Source: Octopus sinensis (lineage: Eukaryota). From it: DNA of 64,000 nucleotides. The stretch lies in NCBI RefSeq assembly GCF_006345805.1, contig NC_043003.1, positions 34,472,001 through 34,536,000 of the forward strand. The letters run 5' to 3'. The notes beneath the pieces are model-generated. The model did not search any database. It was not told the origin of the DNA and was given only the letters and a program-made list of their open reading frames with translations. Below are positions 25,578 through 37,879 of this stretch, piece after piece. Position 1 is the stretch's first letter. Every line of letters begins with the position of its first letter. A program made the translations under genes and the position numbers.

Positions 25578-25735
25578 CACGACGATTTTTAGATTCTTCT
25601 GTCTACCAAATCAACTCACAAGGCTTTAGTTGGCCCAGGTTTATAGTAGAAGACACTTAACCATGGTGCCATGCGGTGACATTGACCCGAGAACCATGTG
25701 GTTAGTTTGGAAGGGAACTTCTTATGACTACACAC
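25578..25735 (-). mobile_element. Diverged SINE family B 5' half
   Basis: ctgtctaccaaatcaactcacaaggctt..atagtagaagacactt..atggtgccatgcggtg..gaaccatgtggtt. Confidence 0.75.
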
Positions 25736-25758
25736 ATACACTATCGCGCGAACATCAC

Positions 25759-25807
<49 letters not shown>

Positions 25808-26466
25808 ATCAAATAATAAAATGCTACACCCCATACATTTAAAATGTAAAGTATATATTCATTATTTATTCAAGTTTGAGCCTTACAGCTGGTCCTGTGT
25901 TACAATGAGTTATCACATTATCTAAAGAGTTTTCGAGATAATATGATAACGCACGCGGATTTTGGACCAGCTGTTAGCTTAAAGACTGAATTAAAGACAC
26001 TGTGAGTGTGCGTGTCCGTGTGTGTGTGTTCATTATATGATGTCATATCGGTCAATCGATTAACTGAACGACACTGCGATTTGGCAACATAGTCTCTCTC
26101 TATTTATGTCGTACACATTAACAAATGCTAGCAAACCTCGTGAAAAATTCCGTGATCATTTTGAAAACTGTAATTTTGTAAGTACACTGGTGTCAAGCGA
26201 CATGGACCTTTGCATTCTTTTGGACTGAACACTATGCAAGAAGTGGGTAGACTTGCTTGATGGTCAACTGGTATGTCCTCTACAGCCGTACTTGGATCGA
26301 AGTCTTGGAAAGGATACTCCATACTCGCTCCTATATGTCCCTACTAACACAGTTTGAGCCAAACATTTCCATGAGCAAATGTATGGATGACAAACAACAT
26401 ATATGTGTATACGTGTGTGTATATACGTATGTGTGTTCATATTTGTATATGCATATATACATATAA

Positions 26467-26522
26467 AATGGCGGTGCCCCAGCATGGCTACAGCTCGTGA
26501 GCTGAAACTAGAATCAATCAAT
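26467..26522 (+). mobile_element. Ultra-short retroposon 3' tail with (ATCA)n end; second copy at 56541-56595
   Basis: ggcggtgccccagcatggctacagctcgtgagctgaaactagaatcaatcaat, homologous to the SINE B tail. Confidence 0.75.
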
Positions 26523-27775
26523 ATATATATATACATATGTGTGTGTATGCATGTATATGTGTGTGTGTTTGTGTTTGTGTGTATGTACGTATACACACAC
26601 GTATATGCACAGATACATACATATGCACTCACCAGTTGATATATACTTAAGCCAGCACTCTCACACATATGTATAGGAATACATACATGCATGTATACAT
26701 GCATGTATACATGCATGTATGTATGTCTGTATATATGTATGTATGCGTGGATGCATATATGTATGTACGTACTTACCCATGTATGTATGGGAGTGTGTAT
26801 GCATGTATGTATGCATGCATGTATGTATGTATGTGTATGTATGTATGTATGTATGTATGTATGTATGTATGTATGTTTGCATGTATGTATGTATTCTGCA
26901 TTTGCTGCTTGTCCACATTCACTGCAGGTATCTTCCTTTATCAAAGACACTTAATTAACGGACTGCGGTTGTGCACAAAGCAAAATTAAGCTGCAGGTTA
27001 ATCCACCAGATTAATGATATAAGGTTGTACTTAATTGGATGAGGTGCTGCTGTTCTATAATACATGCAAACAGAGACAAAATCTGTCCATGACAGAACAG
27101 ATCAAGTTTAAATATGCCAATACTGATAAAACTGTTAAATTTATCTCGTGCAGCTTTGATAATCAATCTGCTACTAATGGGTACCATTCCTCCTTTCCAG
27201 CATGATACCACTCCTTCTTATAACAACACAGCTATCTTAACTATAAATTCATCCATTAATTTGCAGCAGTATAAGCTTCTGTCTTCTATCTATGTATCTA
27301 TGTCTATTCACCTGTCGAAACATTTGTTTCTCTATTTCTCTTTCTTGTCGCGTCCTCAAAGTAGGGGAGCTGAAAGGATTAAAGTCGAGTTACGATGCGA
27401 TGTGAATGCATCTTTCCTGGGTTGTTTGCGTGGTCGAATTGACTGAGAGCGAGAAAGAGAAGAAAATTAAATAAAGAGAAACTATACCTTCACTGGATTG
27501 ATAATTTAAGGCACTTCTCTTTCTCTCTCTCTCTCTTTCTCTCTCTCTCACGCGCACGCTTGTCCCACTCTCTCTCTCTCTCTTTCTCCTTTCACTTCTC
27601 GCTCTGTAAGTGCGTGCATATATGCATGTATTTATGTATGTATGTATGTATGTATGTATGTATGTATGTATGTACGCTACTCTAAATTATAGTAGACTTT
27701 AAGTATTTTTCCCCTAAATTAATTCTGCCACATAAATAGCAAGGAGAAGGAATGTGATTATTTTGGTCCTCTAGT

Positions 27776-28178
27776 ACTCTCTTTCTCTTTTCTCTTTTCC
27801 TTGTTTCAGTCATTTGACTGTGGCCATGCTGGAGCACCGCCTTTAGTCGAGCAACTCGACCCCGGGACTTTTTCTTTGTAAGTCCAGTACTTATTCTATC
27901 GGTCTCTTTTGCCGAACCGCTAAGTAACGGGGACGTAAACACACCAGCATCAGTTGTCAAACAATGCTAGGGGGACAAACACAGACACATAAACACACAT
28001 ATACATATATATATATACGACAGGCTTCTTTCAGTTTCCGTCTACCAAATCACAAGGCATTGGTCGGCCCGAGGCTATAGTAGAAGACACTTGCCCAAGG
28101 TGCCACGCAGTGGGACTGAACCCGGAACCATGTGGTTGGTAAGCAAGCTACTTACCACACAGCCACTCCTGCGCCTAT
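27776..28178 (-). mobile_element. Young full-length SINE family B
   Basis: Same structure as 22292-22676; starts ataggcgcaggagtggctgtgtggtaag. Confidence 0.92.
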
Positions 28179-28725
28179 GGCAAATTTGCTAAAAAATTAT
28201 AATAGTGTATCCTGCATGCCTGAAATCTATATGGTCGTATGCTTCCGAGGAGAGCAGTTTATTTCAAATTGATGTAATGTTTTCAATGAACAATTAAATG
28301 GAGCCGCTTGAAACGGCCGTGATGCATTGATACCTGGACAACCTTGTTACTTATTTGCTTACATGTAAGTATGTATGTATGCATGCATGTATGTACGTGT
28401 GTGTGTATGTAAGCGTGTATGTATGTATTTCTTTCGCCGAACCACTGAATAACGGGGAACATAAACAAACCAACACTCGATGCTAAAGAACAACAAAAAT
28501 AACAATACAAACCTATATTGCAGAAATTTAGTTTCACTCAAATCATTTTCCACTTTTAATCACGAAAGGGTCGACTTCAGATTTTTATCATTACAGAATT
28601 GATAAAAGTAAAGAGAGTATGTAAATGTGTAGCATTAATCAGCTACATTTTCTTCTATCCAAAACTGATTTTGTGTCTAAAGTAATATATATATATAATT
28701 ATTATTATTATATATATATATATAT

Positions 28726-28756
<31 letters not shown>

Positions 28757-28757
<1 letters not shown>

Positions 28758-29146
28758 GGATGGAAGCACTCCGTCGGTTACGACGATGAGGGTTCCGGTT
28801 GATCCGAATCAACGGAACAGCCTGCTCGTGAAATTAACGTGTAAGTGGCTGAGCACTCCACAGACACGTGCACCCTTAACGTAGTTCTCGGGGATATTCA
28901 CCGTGACACAGAGAGTGACAAGGCCGGCCCCTTGAAATACAGGTACAACAGAAACAGGAAGTAAGAGTGAGAGAAAGTTGTGGTGAAAGAGTACAGCAGG
29001 GATCACCATCATCCCCTGCCGGAGCCTCGTGGAGCTTTTAGGTGTTTTCGCTCAATAAACACTCACAACGCCCGGTCTTGGAATCGAAACCGCGATCGTA
29101 TGACCGCGAGTCAGCTGCCCCAACCACTGGGCCATTGCGCCTCCAC
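28757..29146 (-). mobile_element. Young full-length tRNA-derived SINE family C
   Basis: Head gtggaggcgcaatggcccagtggtt (A box)..ggtttcgattcc (B box), (TCCA)n tail; near-identical to 30637-31020. Confidence 0.92.
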
Positions 29147-29624
29147 TATTATATATATATATATATATAGAAAAGGAAATATACGGTACTAAATGTGATA
29201 CCAGAGTTTCTACATCTTTTTATTGCTTATTCATTAATTGATTTTTGTTCAATGTTACAAAGATGATTAACGAGGAAGAAAAATGTGTAGGAACCAGTTT
29301 ACTTTGGTGTCTTTATTTTAGGGTCAGAAGAGGAAGAAAATGAAACTTTATTAACTTGGCAGTGAAAATGAGTGGGAGCTTTCCAAAGAATCAACAGAGT
29401 AATTGAAGTAAAAAATGAATACATATTCTACAAATTCTTCCTTGCAATTTCGATCACCTTCCATTTGTGTGTGTGTGTCTTTCTCTCTCTCTCTCTCTCT
29501 CAAGCTTTTCATTCCCGCCGTGGTCAATAAAGTAAGAACCAGCTAAGCGCTGAATTCTATGTAATCGACGAACACTCTTCCCTTTAAATGTTGCCAAAAT
29601 TTGAAACAGTTGTTAGCTGGTTCA

Positions 29625-30075
29625 AAGCGGCGAGTTGGCAGAATCGTTAGCAGGTCGTGCAAAAAGCATTGCAGCATTTCGTCCGTCTTTAGGTTCTAAG
29701 TTCAAATTACGCCGAAGCCAACTTTGCCTTTGAACCTTTCGGGGTCGATTATCTAAGTACCTATTTCTTTACAAGGGGCTAAACATAGAGGGGACAAAGA
29801 AGGACAGACATAGGTATTAAGTCGATTACATCGACCCCAGTGCGTCAGTGGTACTTAATTTATCGACCCCGAAAGGGTGAAAGGCAAAGTCGACCTCGGC
29901 GGAATTTGAACTCAGAACTTAACGGCAGACGAAATACCGCTAAGCATTTCGCCCGACGTGCTAACGTTTCTGCCAGCTCGCCGCCTTAAGTAAGTACCAG
30001 TTACGCGCTGAGGTCGATGTAATCGACTTACTCCTCTCCCCAAATTTCAGGTCTTGTGCCTTTAGTAGAAGGAAT
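29625..30075. mobile_element. Older SINE A (+) interrupted by a young SINE A (-, 29762-29987)
   Basis: The host breaks at ..gtcgattatctaagtacc and resumes at taagtaccagttacgc; taagtacc is duplicated at 29754-29761 and 29991-29998. Confidence 0.85.
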
Positions 30076-30406
30076 TATTATTATTATTAGCAGAATCGGT
30101 AGAGCTTCGGACAAAATGCTAGGCATCATTTCCTCCGGCACTTTATATTCTAAGTTGAAATGTTGTCGAGGTCGACTTCGCCTTTCATACTTTCGGAGAT
30201 TGATAAAATAAATTGCCAATCAAGTACTGGGACCGATGTAAACGACTTGGCCGCATTCCCTCAAACCAGTTGGCTTCGTGCCAAACTTAAAATCGTTAAT
30301 ATTAGTTATACTTTTATTGTATTTCATTCACGACCTACCGAATATGGGTAGAGATGACCATCTGCTAACAACTCTTTTAAATCATACGTCATTAAAATTG
30401 AGTTAT

Positions 30407-30587
30407 CATTGTTGTTGTTTAGCTTTGGTGAAGCACACCTATAGTTACAGACATTGTTGTTGTTTAGCTTTGGTGAAGCACACCTATAGTTACAGACATT
30501 GTTGTTGTTTAGCTTTGGTGAAGCACACCTATAGTTACAAACATTGTTGTTTAGCTTTGGTGAAGCACACCTATAGTTACAGACATT
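30407..30587 (+). repeat. Minisatellite, four units of 45 bp (last unit 42 bp)
   Basis: Unit cattgttgttgtttagctttggtgaagcacacctatagttacaga, head-to-tail with no spacers. Confidence 0.95.
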
Positions 30588-30636
30588 TCAGTCGTGACCA
30601 TCGTGCTTTTGTATGTCTCAAGGGCTACACTGATCA

Positions 30637-31020
30637 GTGGAGGCGCAATGGCCCAGTGGTTAGGGCAGCGGACTCGCGGTCATAGGATCGCGGTTTCGAT
30701 TCCCAGACCGGGCGTTGTGAGTGTTTATTGAGCGAAAACACCTAAAGCTCCACGAGGCTCCGGCAGGGATGGTGGTGATCCCTGCTGTACTCTTTCACCA
30801 CAACTTTCTCTCACTCTTACTTCCTGTTTCTGTTGTACCTGTTTTTCAAAGGGCTGGCCTTGTCACTCTCTGTGTCACGCTGAATATCCCCGAGAACTAC
30901 GTTAAGGGTACACGTGTCTGTGGGGTGCTCAGCCACTTACACGTTAATTTCACGAGCAGGCTGTTCCGTTGATTCGGATCAACTGGAACCCTCATCGTCG
31001 TAACCGACGGAGTGCTTCCA
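30637..31020 (+). mobile_element. Young full-length SINE family C
   Basis: A box tggcccagtgg, B box gtttcgattcc; inverted partner of 28757-29146. Confidence 0.92.
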
Positions 31021-32173
31021 AATAACAACAGCAGGCCATATTTATTTCTTGACACACCTCCCTTCTCTTCTTCATTTTCTTTTCCTTCCTATTGATCCAT
31101 CCTCTTCTTATCAAATCTGCTTCTAATTGCTACCCCAACTTTACACCCCTCCCTCTGCTCCTTCCTCCGCCATCTTCAACATTTAACTCTTTCTTCTTTT
31201 TTGTTCTCTACTTATTTCATTCTCACCTCCTTCAATTTTTTTTCCTGTGCCTACCTTCTTCCCCTCCTACTTGTCTCTATATCTTCCGCCTCGTCATTAT
31301 CTACCTTTTTTCCTTCCTGTTTTCTACAAAGCTTAAACTATACTAGTAATCAGACAACCCCAAATTTTCAAACCTCTTCATGTATTTATTATTATATTTA
31401 CTTATTTATTTATCTATTTATTTATCTACTTAGCTTCCAGTTCCCTACACACACCTTAACAAGAACGCCTTATTCATATTTTAAAAGCGGCGCTGTTTTT
31501 ATTGATTTACTGTATTAGGGGGTTTAAGATAAGGCATTCACGGGTGAGTTTTTTTTTTGGTGGGGTGGGGGGGGGGAAGAGTTTGTCGTCTAACAGTGAG
31601 TATGCGTGTGTGACCTTATAAATATGTATGTATTTTAGATTGTCAATCTGTAGCTGTCAATGTCCACGTGTACACGATCACCCTTTTCTCCCCGTTACCT
31701 CAATCCACACATATCTACAGGAAAAAAAAAGGGAACAAAAACAAAATAATAAAAGAAAGATATAGCTCCTTTCCACGTTTACCTCTACAGCACACTTTCC
31801 CCAGCCTTTCACTTGATATAGGGTGAATAAGTTGAAGGCACGACGGATGTGAAATGGATGGCGAAACTTAAGGGATCTGAGATTTGAAACCAGGGTAATT
31901 TTTGTTATTGTTTTTCTTTTTTTTTTTTGTTATTTCAGAAAAGGGGACGCCCACGTGCTGGGCAGTCAGCCAACTTGGATAAGTGCCACACGACCAGCAT
32001 TTTGAACGTTTAAAACACACCCGCCCATTCCACACCATTTTCTACCAAAAGGGGGTAGACCTAATTTCGTTTCGTGGTCGGATTAAACGGCATCAGCTGT
32101 GTCCGTGTGATTCCAACTGTGTGCGTGTGTTATTGTCGCTCTCCGGCTGCGGCTATCTGCGTGTGTGAGTGTG

Positions 32174-32212
<39 letters not shown>

Positions 32213-33038
32213 ATGTGAGTGTGTGTATGTATGGTGTGTGCACGCATGCATACAAGCATACAGAGAAATAAACACATACACGCATACACACACATATATA
32301 ACATATATGTATTGCTTGCTCTGGCTTGGTGGTTAGCTAACTAAATGACCGGGTGAAGGTTATAAATGTATGCTCCAAAGATCGTATTTTTGTATGTATG
32401 TATGTACGCATGCAAGCACATTTGTATGTATGCATGCATGTATGCATGTATGCATGCGTGTATGTATGCATGCATGCATGCGTGTATGTATGTATGTATG
32501 TATGTATGTATGCATGTGTGCATGCATGCATGCATGCATATGTATGTATGTATGTATGTATGCATGTATGCATGCGTGTATGTACGTACGTATGTATGTA
32601 TGTATGTATGTATGTATGTATGTATGTATGTATGTATGTATGTATGTATGTATGTATGCATGCATGCGTATGTATTTATGTATTTATGTATGTATGTATG
32701 CATGCGTATGTATTTATGTATGTATGTATGTATCTATGTAGCTAGCTACTATGAACGTGAAAGTTTTTTTTTTTTCTGAAAAGTGTTCGTAATTTTCATT
32801 CATATTTACATTCTCCGAAAGACGTAAACGAATTAATAACAAAGTGACTAAGCTCTGTTGAGCTGAAGACAATTTCACGGATTTCTGAATGTCGGCCAAA
32901 TAATGTGAGCATATAGGTTGATGATTATGCGGATATGCTTACATTCATGTAATAGGTGTATATATTTATTTAGTAATACGAGTGTGTATCACTAATCTTT
33001 ATATACGAGTGAAGGTGTATGTCATATGTAGACCAGAG

Positions 33039-33271
33039 AAGGCGGCGAGCTGGCAGAAACGTTAGCATGCCGGGCGAAATGCGTAGCCGTATTTCGTTTG
33101 TCGTTACGTTCCGAGTTCAAAATCCGCCGAGGTCGAATTTGCCTTTCATCCTTTCGGGGTCGATAAATTAAGTACCACTAACGCACTGGGATCGATGTAA
33201 TTGACTTAATCCCTTTATCTGTCCTTGTTTATCCCCTCTATGTTTTAGCCTCTTGTGGGTAGTAAAGAAAT
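33039..33271 (+). mobile_element. Young full-length SINE family A with 15 bp target-site duplication
   Basis: TSD atatgtagaccagag (33024-33038) and atatgtagacaagag (33272-33286). Confidence 0.93.
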
Positions 33272-33571
33272 ATATGTAGACAAGAGACTAAGAATGACTT
33301 CATTTAATAAAATTAAAACTGAGAATCTTTCAAATGTTTTACAACTCTTTATTGTACTGTACCATTAACCACTTAGATTTGGAGGTTAGGATGCAGTTTG
33401 CATTGCTCTTTCTTCGAAAATGCCGCCGTCTCCGGGCTTTTATGGAAATCTTTTGTCACATAACTAACAGCAACTATGATAATAGAATACGTACACATGA
33501 GAATCTAGATCGAGGATACAAGAACTGCAAGTTGCACATTAACGTACCATAGATGTATTCATTATATATAT

Positions 33572-33807
33572 ATAATAGTATTTTATAAGCTTCCAGCTTA
33601 TAAGCAATCATCGTGCAACGACTAAAGAAAATAGTCTAATAATTGAGTATAGAGGCTGTCGACGTAAAAAAAAAAAGTCGGTTTTCCCACGCATACGGGA
33701 AAAACCACTCTTTTCCGCCGAGGGTTTATATGCCCCATTATTAGACTATTTTCTTTAGTCATTGCACTGTGATCGCTTATAATTTTAAGATTATGAAATA
33801 CTATTAT
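33572..33807. mobile_element. Foldback/MITE with ~71 bp inverted arms
   Basis: ataatagtatttt..ttataagcaatcatcgtgcaacgactaaagaaaatagtctaataat (33572-33643) is mirrored at 33737-33807; the inner 23 bp pair perfectly. Confidence 0.85.
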
Positions 33808-33887
33808 TATTATTATTTACAGAACTGTAAAATCTGACGCTGTTTATCAAAACCATCTCATAGATACATACGTACATAGATACATAC

Positions 33888-33925
<38 letters not shown>

Positions 33926-34008
33926 TATATATATATTGAGAGAGAGAGAGAGAGAGAGAGCTATTTTTATATGTATATTTACGTATATATTATGTATGTA
34001 ATTAATTT

Positions 34009-34315
34009 GCGAAGGCGCATGGCTCAGTGGTTAGACCGTCGAGCTTACGATCGTGAGGTTGTGAGTTCGATTCTCGGACCGGGCTGAGTTTTGTGTTAGC
34101 GGTAGAAATGCGTTGCGACGTCACTGGAATCACTGGTGCCAAGCTGCATAGGCTTTTGTCTTTTCCTTGGATAATATCGGTGGCGGGGAGAAAGGAGGTT
34201 GGTATGCATGGGCGACTGCCAGTTTTCTATAAGCAACCTTGCCCGGATTTGTGCCTCGGAGGGTAACTTTCTAGGTGCAATCCCATAGTCATTTATGATC
34301 GAAGGGGGTGACCCT
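34009..34315 (+). mobile_element. tRNA-derived SINE family D
   Basis: gaaggcgcatggctcagtggttaga (A box)..gagttcgattctc (B box), followed by ~230 bp of non-tRNA body. Confidence 0.75.
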
Positions 34316-34528
34316 ATGTAATTTGTTGATTATCAATTATTCGAATTGTTCCTAAGAATGAGATGCTGGTTTCCAATAGAAAAAAAAAAACCCCGATTAA
34401 TTCCAGGAATTCAGATATCAGCAACTGAAGAACTTTTCTAAAGTCTTCATTATGCGAGACTTTTCTAAAGTCTTGCATATTTCTGATGTTACACTTACTG
34501 ACTGAATTTGCCTAATCCTATTAGCCAT

Positions 34529-34765
34529 TTACCTGTTTCAGTCATTTGACTGCGGCTATACTGGAGCACCGTCTTTCGGCGAACAAATCGACCCCAGGAC
34601 TTATTCTCGAAGCTCTAAGTTACAGGGACGTAAACACACCAACATCGGTTGTCAAACGATGGTGGGGGACAAACACAAATACACATGCACTCACACACAC
34701 ACATACATACATAAATATATACATACATACATACATACATACATTTATATATATATATATATATA

Positions 34766-34818
<53 letters not shown>

Positions 34819-34981
34819 GACGGGTCTTTCAATTTCCGTCAACCAAATCCATTCACAAGGCTTTGGTCGGCCGGAGGCTATAGTAGAAGATACTTGCCAA
34901 AGGGGCTACCCGGAGGGACTGAACCCGAAACCATGTGGTTGAGAAGCAAGCTTCTTACCACACAGCCACTCCTGCGCCTAT
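34529..34981 (-). mobile_element. SINE family B with expanded internal (TA)n
   Basis: Family B head and tail are both present, separated by an enlarged microsatellite. Confidence 0.88.
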
Positions 34982-35944
34982 GGTCACCTTTTTTTTTTAT
35001 ATGACAACAACTGTTTTTCGAGATTGCTATTTACATATTTACTAAAATATCCAGGTGCAGCAGGTAAGCATATGAATTTCTAATTTGCATACAGAAACAG
35101 TTGTCGATAAAAGGTTTCGTTTCTCTCTGATTTTGTAAAGATGTATACACAACTGTATAACAGCTGACCTATATAATATATATTGTGATTGGGAACAGAT
35201 TTAGTAACAATGACAAACCGCTTTAGAAGATAAGATTGTATATCGGACGATGGTTGGCTGAATTTGATTAAATAGTTTGTAGCATTTGCTAACCTCCCTT
35301 TACAGACTGAGTTCAAATCTTACGTAAAAAAAAAAAAAAATCACTTGTGTATTTACTAGATCAATAAAATAAGCATTAACTATTTTGATATATAAATATG
35401 ATTTTAGGTTATGAATAAATGCGTTTGAAGGAGATTCATAAGTTATAATCATGAAATAAGCTTTCATATAATGAACTATTGCATAATCATGACGCAAAGG
35501 CCTTACATATAATTTTGTGTACATGAAATGTGTCAAAACTGCGCCAGTAACGCTACAAAACAGTCTGTTTAGTTGTCTGTGTATTACCTTTGATCAACAA
35601 ATCGATGTAGCGTCTAAATATCAGTCTGATGGATGAATATGAAGTTAACTGTTGCCACATTTTTTCTTTTTTTTTTATGTAGCGGGTGTTGGCTAAATCC
35701 GGGTATAATAAACACAAGTAAAATTATTTTGCAGTTAGGCTGAATGTTTTTGCAAGCTTTCCATGTAATATATTTTCAAACACTCTAATGTACATATACA
35801 TACATATATGTATATGTGTGTGCACGCGTGTAATTTTTCACCTTCCCATTCCCTTTTCATGCAACCAGATCCTGCTGATTTCATATCATTTCCTATTGCT
35901 CTTTCACGCGTTTATCGTTCTGACCATAAGTATTCAATGTTGCT

Positions 35945-36285
35945 CTAGGCCCAAGGCCCAAAATTTGGGGGGAGGGAGCCAGGCGATAAGATCGACCCCA
36001 GTAAGCAACTGGTATTTAATTTAAGGCGGCGAGCTGGCAGAAACGTTAGCATCCCGGGCGAAATGCTTAGTGGTATTTCATCTGCTGCTACATTCTGAGT
36101 TCAAATTCCGCCGAGGTCAACTTTGCCTTTCATCCTTTCGGGGTCGATAAATTAAGTACCAGTTACGCACTGGGGTCGATGTAATCGACTTAATACCTAT
36201 GTCTGTCCTTGTTTGTCCCCTCTGTGTTTAGCCCCTTGTGGGTAATAAAGAAATAGGCATTTAATTTATCGAGCCGGAAAGGATG
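35945..36285. mobile_element. Young SINE A (+, 36023-36255) nested in an older SINE A (-), 12 bp TSD
   Basis: TSD ggtatttaattt (36011-36022) and ggcatttaattt (36256-36267); the host continues atcgagccggaaaggatgaa. Confidence 0.9.
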
Positions 36286-36742
36286 AATTATTAACATTCA
36301 GTAACTGTTTGTCCCAGTTTTGCTCCATAACACCGTGTTTTACGTCGTAAAACTTATTTGTTTTCCAGTGGCGAAATCGCAGTGACTCTCGATGCACGTG
36401 CGTCATCGAGTGTGTATGTGCGTGTGTATCTCTGTGTGTATGTGAGTGTGTGTGTGTGTGCGCTCGCTCGCTCGCGTGTGTTTGTGCGTATACGTGTCGA
36501 TTTTTATGTGAGGCTAATCATACCCAGAATTGACATTTAGATGTTTACAGTCATATTTCTGATTAATTAAGTAGACTAGGATGTTTTGATATCAACATTC
36601 TAAGGTAAGGTCTTCAAATAACTAACTGTAGAACCTATAGAATATATGTTTCGAGTATTTTGAATTATGTTCTCTTTATTTATGTATCCATATACACACT
36701 CGGACACACACACAAACACAAAAACACACAATCACACACATA

Positions 36743-36786
36743 TGTACTGAGGAGCCCATAAGAAGGGCGAAATGGCGTTATCTACA
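36743..36786 (+). ncRNA. Candidate minimal type I hammerhead ribozyme
   Basis: UGUA-CUGAGGA-GCCC-auaagaa-GGGC-GAAA-UGGcgUUA-UC^-UACA: all core nucleotides, 4 bp GC stem II, quasi-palindromic stem III, AUC cleavage triplet, 4 bp stem I. Confidence 0.45.
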
Positions 36787-37838
36787 ACTACTAGGAAAAT
36801 TAGATGGAGATATTATTTCATACGCTCTGTCACTCATAAACATGACCTCTTTTAATAATTAAAATATATAAACTGTGAAACTGTTCTCTCCCCTTAAAGG
36901 GAATCTTCACCCTCTCTTCGATTTTTTAGTAAACTCTCTTTGTCTTTACCCCACTCTTACTCCGAAAGCAAATGTAGATGGCAGCACTAACAGTCACCAG
37001 TAAAATTTCCAACGTATATATACACAGAAACACACATATACGCACAGATTCACATACCTATTCTTGTGTGTGCGTGTATGGACTCAAGGGAGGCCAAGTG
37101 GCATGCTGATAATGTCTATTGAGGCAGAGACACGTGTCCGCAGCGCCCGTTATCGCCAAAACATCAAACCTTTCTTAATGTTATGCCAATTTCTCAGAAT
37201 CCTTGATTTCTGATGCTAGCTACTCTTTTCATTTGGAGCTGGTCGCAATCGCCAAGAGGCATGTATTTACTTTTCCCTCGAATGGGATTCAATAAATCAA
37301 CATATATATTTTATATAGCAATATGCATACATTAATTCGCCATTATTGTGAGAATGTATGTATTTGCGCGTGAGCGTGTGTGTGTATACACAAATATACT
37401 AATATGTCTGAACGTTTATACAGCCGAATACAAATACGTACACTCTCACTCACACATACAGACACAACTATGCAAACATATGTTTGTGTATATATATATA
37501 TATATATATATTATATATTTTATATATATATATTTATGTATTATATATATATATTTATATATAATATATTTTATATATATATATACATATAAATAAATAT
37601 ATATATTATATATATATATATACACACACACATACATTAATTACTTGTGTAAATAATATGCGTATGGATATATATATGAGGTATATATGTGTATGTGTGC
37701 ATGTGTGTGCGCGTGTGTGTAATGAATGTACACACTCATACATTTTTATGTATTTACACATATATGTATATATGTCCGTCCGTATATAAATATATAAATA
37801 TATCTTTACACACACACACACGCACACACACACACACA

Positions 37839-37879
<41 letters not shown>

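Noticed and set aside
30407-30587. CRISPR-like array, or a Cys/His-repeat protein (ORF 30278-30685)
   Set aside because: Units are head-to-tail with no unique spacers, there are no cas genes, and the context is eukaryotic. The ORF is open only because the unit length is a multiple of 3.
30637-30715. Functional tRNA genes at SINE heads (also 29070-29146, 34012-34085, 44916-44995)
   Set aside because: A and B boxes are present, but the cloverleaf is imperfect and the sequence continues into SINE bodies.
28809-30972. Duplicated ORFs MVIPAVLFHHNFLSLLLPVSVVPVFQ..
   Set aside because: They lie within the two SINE C copies; the similarity reflects the repeat, not a gene family.
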